Shown: one piece after another, positions 38,661-50,105 of the stretch
Numbering within the stretch: position 1 is the first letter of the stretch
How the letters are laid out: every line of letters begins with the position of its first letter
Origin: Octopus vulgaris
Lineage: Eukaryota
Length of the DNA: 64,000 bases
Assembly: GCA_951406725.2 (NCBI GenBank)
Contig: OX597816.1
Location: forward strand, 127,410,001-127,474,000
Direction of reading: 5' to 3'
Notes under the pieces: model-generated
Database searches by the model: none
Seen by the model: only the letters and a program-made list of their open reading frames with translations
What the model was told of the DNA's origin: nothing
Made by a program: the position numbers and the translations under genes

Positions 38661-39065
38661 GGCGCAGGAGTGGCTGTGTGGTAAGTAGCTTGTTTACCAA
38701 CCACATGGTTCTGGGTTCAGTCCCACTGCGTAGCATCTTGGGCAAGTGTCTTCTGCTATAGCCCCGGGCCGACCAATGCCTTGTGAGTGGATTTGGTAGA
38801 TGGAAACTGAAAGAAGCCCATCGTATATATGTATGTATATGTATATATATATGTGTGTGTATCTGTTTGTCCCCCCCCAACATCACTTGACAACCGATGG
38901 TGGTGTGTTTACGTCCCTGTAAATTAGCAGTTCGGCAAAAGAGACCGATAGAATAAGTACTGGGCTTACAAAAAGAAAAAGTCCCAGGGTCGAGTTGCTC
39001 GAGTAAAGGCGGTGCTACAGCATGGCCACAGTCAAATGACTGAAACAAGTAAAAGAGAGTAAAAG
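38661..39065 (+). mobile_element. SINE family A, full length
   Basis: A box TGGCTGTGTGG, B box GGTTCAGTCC, tail GACTGAAACAAGTAAAAGAG. Inserted in a TA tract. Confidence 0.92.
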
Positions 39066-40249
39066 ATATATATATATATATATATATATATAATGTAAAT
39101 ATATGCATATATACATACATATATACATATATCTACCTACATATATATGTATATATGCATGCATATTTGGGTACAGGACATCAAAAATACGTAGACAAAA
39201 TGAGAAACAAGAACATAAAAAGCAAAAACATAGAAAACGAACATTTTTTCGAACAACAAAAGAAACAAACAAATAGAAATGAGACAGGCAACATAAAGAA
39301 CATTCCCTTCATCAGTTGTCCCTTGTTTTATCTACTCCATGTTCGTAAATTCTGAGGATCAAATTAATCGTGTCCTTTTTCTTATTGACAAATTTCATCA
39401 ATATATATAATACTATGGTACAGGCCGTCAATATATATTCAATACTCTATATGTATTTGTAGATCCCCTAGTTTCACTACTAATTATTGTACTTCATATA
39501 TTCCACTTTATTTTCACTTTCACTTTTATATTCAAATTACTTCCTACACTACAGCCATGTATTTTTTGTTTCAAGTGGTATAGCAAAAGACGTATATTTA
39601 TTACTCCAGATGTTGTTGATACATGCACTTATTCTACTCTTAATTATTCTACTTCATATATTTCACTATATTCTGCTATGTTACCTTTTACATCAGTTAT
39701 TACACTGCATACATACGTATTTCTTGCTTTAAGCAAAAATACAAAATGAAAAAGTACGAGAAATGATGTGAAATTACAGATTGAAAATTCAAAAGACCAA
39801 GGTGTGTTTGTGCCTTCTTATATCTCAACAAGGACTATTGTTCTTCAGGATCGTTTTTACAGTAAATGTGAATAATATTGCCTATCATATACACTTGTGA
39901 TTCTTACATAGAATTTGTCAAATATGTTGTAAATGAACAGCTTTTGTGTAAACTAAACCTGTAGTCCCTTGAAGGCCTGTAGAAAATGTAGGTAACCAGT
40001 TTGTAAGATCATATACCCATCTGTAAATATGTATTTGTTTTGATTGTTTTGAATACATATATGTGTATGACTTGTGTGAAATTAGGTTGAGCATTTATTG
40101 TAGAAAATAGGATAATGTAGAACAATGAATGAATCATTGACTACATATTGTACATATTAAAAGTAATCAAACCTGTATTATATTTGAGGAGTGATAAATA
40201 TAATTTTCTTATTTTCCTGTTAATTAGGCAGTTTTATTTACATCCACAT

Positions 40250-40500
40250 GGAGGTGCATGTCTTAGTGGTTAGGGTGTTGAACTCATGATCGTAATGTTG
40301 TGGTTTTGATTCCTGGACCGGACGATGCGTTGTGTTCTTGAGCAAAACACTTCATTTCACGTTGCTCCAGTCCACTCAGCTGGCAAAAATGAGTAATCCT
40401 GCAATAGACCGGCGTCCTGTCCAGGTGGGGAATTTCTACACCACAGAAACTGGGAAACCGGCCCTTATGAGCCTGGCATGGCTCAAGGAGGAACATTTAC
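40250..40500 (+). mobile_element. tRNA-derived SINE family C (V-domain-like)
   Basis: CTTAGTGGTTAGGGTG...GTTGTGTTCTTGAGCAAAACACTTCATTTCAC...GAAACCGGCCC. Homologous copies at 49858 and 60261. Confidence 0.85.
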
Positions 40501-40838
40501 ATCCACACACTCTCATTAGCAACTTTCATCACATACGTTTCCAACAATACCACCAAATGGAAAAACCAGAAATTCATACATACAAGTTAAAATTTTGTAT
40601 CACAAATTTAGTAAAACAGCAACTGTCTTTATTGACAGCATAAGTACCCTTGTATATATGTAACAACTTCAAACACACACACACATACACACACACATAT
40701 AATGTTGCAAAATCATTAAAAAGAGTACAATGATCTTGCCATAAAAAGTGAATGTTACTGCATAAGTTTTGCTGATGTAGAACAACACTAGCTTCCTTTG
40801 TATCTGATTATATATATATATATATATATACATATATA

Positions 40839-41285
40839 CTAGCAGTATGGCCCGTCGTTGCTCGGGTTTGTTTTTTTAGTTGCGCTTAAAACGGCAGACT
40901 TTGATGTCATGTTAACAAAGTTTTGACATAGTTTCAATCTTTTTTGGAAAGTAAAAATTTTGCATTATGTAGCTTGTTATTCTCTTTAAGTGAACATTTT
41001 TCTGATTGAAATACACCGAAAAATGGCAACACAGCAGTCAATAAATCGTAAAAAAATAGGGATTTTCACAGAAAAAAGTACCTTTTTGATGTAAATAATT
41101 TTTGGTGTTAACATGGTCCGATTTGAATTTTTTGTTCTACAGAATGAAGAGCAAGCCTTCTTCTATCATACTCTCAATTTTGGTCAACTTGTCTCGCAGG
41201 GTCTTGGAAGAGATAGTGTTAAGTTGAAGGCTACCAAACCTGCCACACACACACACACAGACAACTTCAGCTTTATATGTATAGA
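40839..41285 (-). mobile_element. Non-autonomous Helitron, 447 bp
   Basis: The minus strand reads A^TCTATACATATAAAGCTG...CCCGAGCAACGACGGG (hairpin)...CTAG^T. This gives 5'-TC, 3'-CTAG, a subterminal hairpin, an A/T target and no TSD. Confidence 0.85.
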
Positions 41286-41729
41286 TATGTGTGTGTGTGT
41301 ATGCATATGTATAGTGAGAGAAAGAGTGCATATACATGCATAAATACATACATGCACACACACATATATATGCACACATACAAGTATCAGACTTAATTCA
41401 TCAAACAGTTAAGATGTTTCAAGAAAAAGACATTATTGCACAGTAAATAATGATTATAGCAACAAAAATAATGAATAGTAAAATAATGAATGATGAACAT
41501 ATCGTCATTTCTCAAAAATTCTACTTGCGTCTTCGTCTTTTCTTTTTCTTTTGTTCAGAAGACAGCAGTTATTCAATCAGACATCGATTCAACCAGTTTT
41601 GAAGTTAATTCTATTTTTGGAGCACTTAACCAGTTTGAAGGTTTCATTCAGTACTTTCCCTGATGTTGGATTCTTTCTAACCACACACACACACACACAC
41701 ATGCATGCACGCACACACACACACATATA

Positions 41730-42022
41730 TATCACCATTCGAGTGTGGTTATTGCCAATGCTACCTGACTGGCTCCTGTACCAGTGGCACATGAAAAGCA
41801 CCATTCAAGTATGCTCAATTCCAGTACTGCCTGACTAACTCTCATGCCATTGGCATGTAAAATACACCCACTACACTCTCGGAGTGGTTGGCGTTAGTAA
41901 GGGCATCCTTCTGTAGAAACCTTGCCAGATCAGATTGGAGCCTGGTGCAGCCAGTCCTCAGTCAAACCGTACAACCCATTCCAGCATGGAAAGCAGACAT
42001 CAAACGATGATGATAATGATGA
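41730..42022 (+). mobile_element. Repeat family D copy
   Basis: Subrepeats followed by CACCCACTACACTCTCGGAGTGGTTGGCGTTAG...CAGCATGGAAAGCAGAC...(GAT)n. Confidence 0.8.
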
Positions 42023-42689
42023 TATTATTTGGTAATAGTCTAGTAATTTTTTATTTGGTTCAAATCTAGGTGGTTTCTATGTTATGACCCTAGAATCCGA
42101 GTTCATTCCTACAGAACACATTGCTTTTCTGCATTACCATAGTGTACAGATATAACGACTAATGTTAATATCATAATGATCAAAATAGTAAAATATACTT
42201 TTACATATCTCTAAATATGTAATGATATATATCACAAATTCTATGATAAAAAATATATACTAATAAATTAAAAAAATAAAGTAAGGTAACGCCAGAAAAC
42301 TATATAAACTGACAATATCATATAAGATGCAAAATAAGTTATGTAATATAAAAAATATGATACAAAAGATATAGTGTATATATCAGAGACAACATGCATA
42401 GTATATACATATACATATATAGTACACAAAGAGTATGTACATATGCATTAAAGTGTACACACCATGTATAATGTGCACTTTTATATGTAATAATAAATTA
42501 TGAATTAAAGGAATTGCATTGAATAACGACTGGATACAAAATAATATAATGCACTACAATATAATACACTATAGTACCTGGTAAAATATAACATAATCTA
42601 ATATAATACTGCTTATACATATATAGATATATAATAAATCTCTGAGCGAGGTATAAACAGTAGCTGCATGACCAGTTATGCACTCAGGT

Positions 42690-42749
42690 CAATGTAGTCA
42701 ACTTAATCCCCTCCCCCAAATTTGAGGCCTTGTGCTTCCAGTAGAAAGG

Positions 42750-42786
<37 letters not shown>

Positions 42787-42831
42787 GTAGTAGTAGTAGT
42801 AGTAGTAGTAGCATTAGCATTATTAGTATTA

Positions 42832-42880
<49 letters not shown>

Positions 42881-43131
42881 GGCCAGTAAAAGAAAGTATT
42901 ATTATTATTATTATTACAAAGGCAGTAAGCTTGCAGAATAATTAGCACACCAGGTGAAATGCTTCACAGTATTTCATCCATCTTTACATTTTGAGTTGAA
43001 ATTCCCTTGAGGTTAACTTTACTTTTCATCCTTTCGGGGTGATTAGATAAGTACCAGTTGTGTACTGGGGTTGATGGAATTGACTATACCCCTCCCTCAA
43101 ATTTGAGGCCTTGTGCCTATAGTAGAAAGGA

Positions 43132-43190
<59 letters not shown>
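42690..43190 (+). mobile_element. SINE family B copies with long (ATT)n tails
   Basis: Tail fragment at 42690-42750, (ATT/AGT)n at 42750-42915, full copy at ~42920-43135 and (TTA)n to 43190. Confidence 0.8.
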
Positions 43191-43192
<2 letters not shown>

Positions 43193-43504
43193 AATACATG
43201 TAAATACAGTTGCGGCCAAAATGTTCAGAACGGCATTGTTTTCGTCAGAAAAGTAGGTATAATTTTTTATCAAAGTTGTTTTATATTCTATAATTTTCAC
43301 AGACAATAAATACAATATTAATTGTTATTTTCTGAGATTTTGGTGTAATTTGGGAGAATAATACGAAAGTTATGGATGATTTAGTGATTTTCTGCAAATC
43401 CATAGCGGCCAAAATTATCAGAACGGTTGAAAAAATAACAAAATAATCAAAAATGACAGAGAATACTGGAATTATTTGTGAAGCCCTTTAGCTTCAATCA
43501 CACT

Positions 43505-43980
43505 TTAACATCTTCGACTGCATGAGGAAATTAAATTTTCAATTTCTTGCTGGATGATCTTATTCCATTCTTCCTGAAGGGCATTCCATAATTGCTCGGT
43601 TGTTTTAGGATTTCTGGCTTTCAAACGTTCTCCTAAAATATTCCACACATTTTCAATAGGATTGAGATCTGGGCTTTGAGCAGGCCAATCCATAACAGTA
43701 ACCTTTTCAGCCTTGAGGAAGTTCACGACCACTTTAGCCTTGTGACATGGGGCATTGTCTTGCATGAATATGGGTGATCGCTTAGTTGAATTTCTCAGCA
43801 TAGGCAAGGCATGATCTTTTATAAATTGTTTATAAACTCCTGCATTTACCTTTCCATGTAATCGCATCAAAGGGCCTACACCATCCCCAGGTATCATCCT
43901 CCAAACCATGACACTTCCTCTACCGAATTTAACACTAGTCTTAAGGCATTTAGGTGACAATTTTTCACCTACTTTTCGAT
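43505..43980 (-). pseudogene. Tc1 transposase C-terminal half (DD34E)
   Basis: SVKFGRGSVMVW, FMQDNAPCH and WPAQSPDLNPIENVW. Confidence 0.93.
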
Positions 43981-44107
43981 GGTTGTTAATATAATGCCAC
44001 TTACTCCATTACCAATTCGTCAGCAGATTATTAAGCTTCAAAAAAAGGATAATTTAAGTATTGGGTCTATTGCAAAGATTGTTAACTTTACTTTTCATCC
44101 TTTCGGA

Positions 44108-44546
44108 TGATCATTTTGGCCGCCATGGATTTTGCAGTAAATCATTAAATCATCCATAACTTTTGTATTATCCTCTCAAATTACACCAAAATCTCAGGCA
44201 ATAACAAATAATATCGTATTTATTGTCTGTGAAAATTATAGAATATAAAACAACTTTGATAAAAAATTATACCTACTTTTCTGACGAAAACAATGCCATT
44301 CTGAACATTTTGGCCGCAACTGTAAATATATATATATATAGATAGATATATATATGCCTGAAAATTTGAGAGTTAGGGTCTAATCAAACCCAGTTCTTAA
44401 CTGGTACTCATTTTATCAGTATCAAAAGGATGGAAGGTAAAGATGACCTTTGCGGGAGTTGAAATACAATACAATATAATAGAATATAAAATAATGTGAT
44501 ATGGTATAATATAATATTAAAAAAAGAAGTACATATGACCAATTTT
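44108..44546 (+). repeat. Near-identical direct duplicate of 45163-45601 (Tc1 TIR + flanking DNA)
   Basis: Constant offset of 1055 bp, with only about four substitutions seen by eye. Confidence 0.95.
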
Positions 44547-45038
44547 CCCATCTGTGAGCCAAATAACAAACTTAGATTCATCACTGAATTGCACCGTTTG
44601 CCATTTTTCTTGAGACCACAACACATGTTCGGTTTCGAAGGTAAGACGACACATTTTATTCTTGGAGCTGATCAGTGGTTTCACTGCAGGTGCTCTTGCT
44701 TGTAGGTCATGTTCAACTAAATGACGAGACACAGTTTTACGAGATAAAATTTTCTTCAGTACAATGCTCATTTCCCGAGAAACAGCAGCAGCAGTTTTAA
44801 ATCTGTCCTTTTTAACCAACTTTACCATAGCATGATCTTCTCTCTTGGTCATTTTTCTTGGCCTACCTGTAGACTTTCCTGCTTCACATGAACCACAATC
44901 ATCGTAGACCTTAAGAATACCGTGAACAACACTTTTTGACTTGTTAACAATCTTTGCAATAGACCCAATACTTAAATTATCCTTTTTTCGAAGCTTAATA
45001 ATCTGCTGACGAATTGGTAACGGAGTAAGTGGCATTAT
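44547..45038 (-). pseudogene. Tc1 transposase N-terminal half
   Basis: Paired-like HTH, TGRPRK, KPLIS and W..VQFSDESKF. Confidence 0.92.
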
Positions 45039-45518
45039 ATCAACAAAGTACACTGCAGATATTCTTACTAATGTTTAGTAAACGAACCGTCATGTAAACA
45101 AATTCAAAACATTACGGTTCGCCGGTTAAATATTCTAAAACACGGAGTAAAAGCAACCGTTCTGATCATTTTGGCCGCCATGGATTTTGCAGTAAATCAT
45201 TAAATCATCCATAACTTTTGTATTATCCTCTCAAATTACACCAACATCTCAGGCAATAACAAATAATATCGTATTTATTGTCTGTGAAAATTATAGAATA
45301 TAAAACAACTTTGATAAAAAATTATACCTACTTTTCTGACGAAAACAATGCCATTCTGAACATTTTAGCCGCAACTGTAAATATATATATATATAGATAG
45401 ATATATATATGCCTGAAAATTTGAGAGTTAGGGTCTAATCAAACCCAGTTCTCAACTGGTACTCATTTTATCAGTATCAAAAGGATAGAAGGTAAAGATG
45501 ACCTTTGCGGGAGTTGAA

Positions 45519-46000
45519 ATACAATACAATATAATAGAATATAAAATAATGTGATATGGTATAATATAATATTAAAAAAAGAAGTACATATGACCAATTT
45601 TTGTTTTATTTTGTTATTCTTAATTGTTGATATTTAGAGTTTTAATTTTAAATTTCATTCATTTTATTATATTGCAATTACAATACAATAGAATATAAAA
45701 TAATACAATATGATATGATATAATATAATATAAAAAAAGCACGTATGACTAATTTTTATTTTATTATTTTGTTATAATCTTTGATTTTTTAGAGTCTTAA
45801 TTTCATATTTTTATTTCTTTATTTATATTTTTATTTATTCAATTTACTACAGTGTATTTACAATACAATATAATAAAATATAAAATAATTTGATATGATA
45901 TAATATATAAAAAAATAAGCACATATGACTAATTTTTGTTTTATTATTTTGTTATTTTTAATTGCTGATTTTTAGAGTTTTAATTTAATATTCTTGCTTA
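45519..46000 (+). repeat. AT-rich tandem repeat, three ~160-180-bp units
   Basis: TACAATACAATA...TATAAAATAAT...ATATGACTAATTTTT recurs at ~45519, 45678 and 45858. Confidence 0.8.
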
Positions 46001-46210
46001 TTTATTTTTTACTTATATTTACATTAATTTCTTTATTCTAAATCTTTTGTAGCTTAAGAAAATACTTCTTATTTCAATAACTGCCTACAATTTTTTCCTA
46101 TTTCAATAACCCTTTTTAGATATCTTTATAATTATATATTGTATTTTCCACTACAGCCCTTTGTTATAATAACAACATTCACAAATCTCAGAATAGTAAC
46201 AGAAAGGAAT

Positions 46211-46628
46211 TAGGCAGCGAGCTGGCAGAAACGTTAGCATGGTGGGTGAAAATCTTAGCGGTATTTTGTCTGCCACTACATTCTGAGTTCAAATTCCACC
46301 GAGGTCGACTTTGCCTTTCATCCTTCGGGGTTGATTAAATAAGTACCAGTTACATACTGGGGTCGATATAATCATCTTAATCCATTTGTCTGTCCTTGTT
46401 TGTCCCCTCTGTGTTTAGCCCCTTGTGGTTAGTAAAGAAATAGGTATTTCGTCTGCCGCTACATTCTGAGTTCAAATTCCGCTGAGGTCAACTTTGCCTT
46501 TCATCCTTTCTGGGTCGATTAAATAAGTACCAGTTACGTACTGGGGTTGATATAATCGACTTAATCTGTTTGTCTGTCCTTGTTTGTCCCCTCTGTGTGT
46601 AGCCCCTTGTGGGCAGTAAAGAGATACA
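46211..46628 (+). mobile_element. SINE family B with duplicated body and 14-bp TSD
   Basis: TAACAGAAAGGAAT at 46197-46210 and 46629-46642. The body is repeated at ~46260-46440 and ~46443-46623. Confidence 0.9.
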
Positions 46629-47544
46629 TAACAGAAAGGAATCGTAGGAATACCGTGATGAATATTCAGCTCTCCTTCTGAACAGAGAGAGTGTGACTAA
46701 AGGGTTGAAGGTTTACTTTACAATCACAAGGTCCTTGATTTGATTCTACTATGCAGAGGCACATTAGATGGATTGAACCTGTAAACAAGATCCAGCCTTG
46801 TCACAGTGTCATGCTGATTCTGCCCAAAGATTTCAGTAAGGATACACATGTCTGTGGAATACTCAGTCTTTTATATTTGATTTAATAATTAGGTAGTTCA
46901 GTTGATTAAACAACTGAATACTCATTAAATTCCTTAAAGTTTATTTACTGTCATTCTAAGAATGTTCCTTCTTATTTATAAATTCAAACACACACGATTG
47001 ATATAGATACATAGATAACATCACCTTGATCATCTTGACTGACCAGCCCGTCGGGCATCCATTTGCCACCACTGGTCACAGCATTCTGTCCACTCCTCTC
47101 TGGATCGCGCCTTTCTCATCCACGTAATCCCAATCACCCTCCTGAAATCATAACTCAATGGTAGTGAAACATAGATAACATATCTACTTAAATATAAATA
47201 TTCCTTATATAAAACATGTGTATATATATGTATGCATGTTACACACATGCACACATACACACACATGTAGGTAGATAGATATAGATACATAAACATATCT
47301 ACATAAATATACTTTATATAAAACTATGTGTGTGTGTTACACACAAATGCATGCACACACACTCACACACATACATGCAGATAGATTAATATAGATACAT
47401 AGGTAAACACATCTACATAATATACTTCATATAAAACATGCATGTATATGTATGTGTATTACACACACATAAGCATGCACACACATATACACATGCACAC
47501 ACACACATACATACTCAAATATATGTAAACCTGGTATGCACCCA

Positions 47545-48090
47545 TAGTTGTGTGGTTACAAAATTTGCTTCACAACCAAGTAGTTTAGGACTTGATCCAA
47601 CTGTGTGACACCTTTGTTTATTACTATTGCTTCAGTTTGGCAAACAGTTTCTGAGTAGAATTTAGTGAACTGAAACTGTGCAGAAGCAGGTGCAGGAGTG
47701 GCTGTGTCATAAGTAGCTTGCTTACCAACCACATGGTTCCGGGTTCAGTCCGACTGCATGGCACCTTGGGCAAATGTCTTCTACTATAGCCTTGAGCCAA
47801 CCAAAGCCTTGTGAGTGGATTTGGTAGACGGAAACTGAAAGAAGCCCATCATATATATGTATGTATATGTATATATATATGTGTGTGTGTCTGTTTGTCC
47901 CCCCAACATCACTTGACAACCGATGGTGGTGTGTTTACGTCCCTGTAAATTAGCAGTTCGGCAAAAGAGACCGATAAAATAAGTACTAGGCTTCCAAAGA
48001 ATAAGTCCTGGGGGCGATTTTCTCGACTAAAGGTGGTGCTCCAGCATAGCCGCAGTCAAATGACTGAAACAAGTAAAAGAGTAAAAGAGT
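47545..48090 (+). mobile_element. Degenerate SINE A head followed by a full-length SINE A (47689-48090)
   Basis: GGTGCAGGAGTGGCTGTG...GGTTCAGTCC...GACTGAAACAAGTAAAAGAG. Confidence 0.88.
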
Positions 48091-48954
48091 CAAGAGTAAG
48101 TCTGATGTTTGTGTTTGCATATAATCAATGTAAATACCTTAGAGTATTTACAAACTTAAGCAAAGGTAATTCAATGAGTGAACTAAAATTTTTGATAAAG
48201 ATCAATACCCAAGTACCATATTAAGCACTGGGTCAATACAATACTAAAAATCCCGGAAGACAAAGCTCAGCAGAGATATAGTCCAATAATGGTAACCAGT
48301 AAAAATGTAAAAATAAAGCAAATTTAGATAGAAGTAGAACTATATTGTTAGGGTATGTATAGTAGTGACGAAGCATTGGTACACCTTGAGTTAGGTGGTA
48401 GTGTAACACCATGCAGAAGTTTACAAGTACACTCCTACACATTGATTAAGTGACATGCCATAACATTGAAGCAGTTATTGTTATTTTTTTTGTCAGTTTC
48501 AGCTGAAAGCTGTGGCCATGCTGGGGTACCACCATTTTGCTACACTGTTATTATTGAGAGCCTTCTCTGATACGTGACATTTGGTGAATGAGGGAGTTTG
48601 ATGTCACTGCCCTCATTTGCATCTCCTACCACAAGATAGGTTCATCTGGGTCTCTTAACAGGAAGAGATATAGTTTTGATTTGAAAGCACCTACATCCAC
48701 TTCGTGTAGGTCCCGCAAGCTGTTACAGTAACTTGTCCTGAAGCACGATGGCATTGCTGGCATCTTTGGCACTGTGCAGTGTCATTCTGTTCCAGCATTT
48801 GTGTAGCTTTCAATGCCAAAATTCGGCACAATCTTTTCCAGGATCGTCCAGATGTATATTACTAGATATGATGATATAATTTCTACTTCAAGGTTACTGA
48901 TTAATCAACGATGTTTCTATTGTACATGTAGTTAAAATATATATATAATTTTTT

Positions 48955-49545
48955 TCCTTTTTCTTGTTTCAATCATTAAACTGCGGTTGAACGGGGACAC
49001 TACCGGGAAGAATTTTTAGTTGAATGAATTGACTCCTGTACTTAAATTTTTTGCTAAGTCTGGTACTTCTTCTATTGGTCCCTTTTGCCAAACTACTAAG
49101 TTATGGCGATGTAAACACACCAACACCGGTTGTGAAGTGGGGGATGAGACAAACACCAGACACAAAGACTCACACACACACACACATATATATACTACCT
49201 ACTGAGACTTTATAAAAGTAAAAGAGAGAGAGACAGAAAAAAAGGAAAATGTCCTACCTATATTTGAAGACTATGAAAATACTTTAAAAAAAACAATGAC
49301 TGACAAAGAAGATAAGCTCCCAAGTGGACATAGCCAGGTTACCAGTGATTTTGAATTTTGCTACTAAGCCTCTTCATTCTCATTGGTGACTCTTACATAC
49401 ACACACATACACACACACACATATACAACAGTTTCCATCAACCAAATACACCCACAAGGCTTTGGTCAGCCCAAGACTATAGTAGAAGACACTTGCCCAA
49501 TGTGCCATGCAGTATAGAATGGAACCCAACACCATGGGGTTAGAA
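48955..49545 (-). mobile_element. Degenerate SINE A pieces (tail 48955-49190, head ~49410-49545)
   Basis: Reverse-complement matches to family A. Confidence 0.65.
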
Positions 49546-49857
49546 AGTCACTGTAATCATTACAGTGTGTGTGTGAAATAGTTCACCTGTACACCATGAT
49601 TTCTATTCTACATAACATTTCGTTAAACTTGCACATGATCATTCCAGAAACCATGTGGGAAGCATTTATTTTTTTAAATTCAATATCTGAACATGATGCC
49701 TTAATTATGCATTCTTGTCAATATTTATTTCTATAAAATGGGTAAAAATTGCAGATAATAGATTAATTTCTTATAAGGTCTTTCTGAATCTATTAGCTGT
49801 TTCTATTTTGATAATGACATTTACAAATATTTAATGTTATTGTAACATGTATTAAGT

Positions 49858-50105
49858 GGAGGTGCGTGGCTTAGTGGTTAGGGTGTCAGCATCATGATCG
49901 TAAGATTGTGGTTTCGATTTCTGGACCGGGCGATGCTTTGTGTTCTTGAGCAAAACACTTCATTTCACGTTGCTCCAGTTCACTCAGCTGGCAAAAATGA
50001 GTAACACTTTGATGGACTCATGTCCCATCCAGCTGTGGAACACATATGCCATAGAAACCAGGAAACCAGGCCCATGAGCCTGGCTAGGCTTTAAAAGGGT
50101 GCATT
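49858..50105 (+). mobile_element. SINE family C
   Basis: A box TGGCTTAGTGG, B-box-like GTTTCGATT. Homologous to 40250. Confidence 0.88.

Larger units (their letters stand above)
43207..45377 (-). mobile_element. Tc1-family (IR/DR, ~220-bp TIR) transposon disrupted by a complex insertion
   Basis: TA+CAGTTGCGGCCAAAATGTTCAGAA at 43205 and ...GCCGCAACTG+TA at 45377. Inner DR GCGGCCAAAATTATCAGAACGG at ~43405. Confidence 0.95.

Noticed and set aside
38661-38735. tRNA-like sequences with A/B boxes (also 49858 and 60261)
   Set aside because: They are SINE heads continuing into repeat bodies, with no intact cloverleaf.
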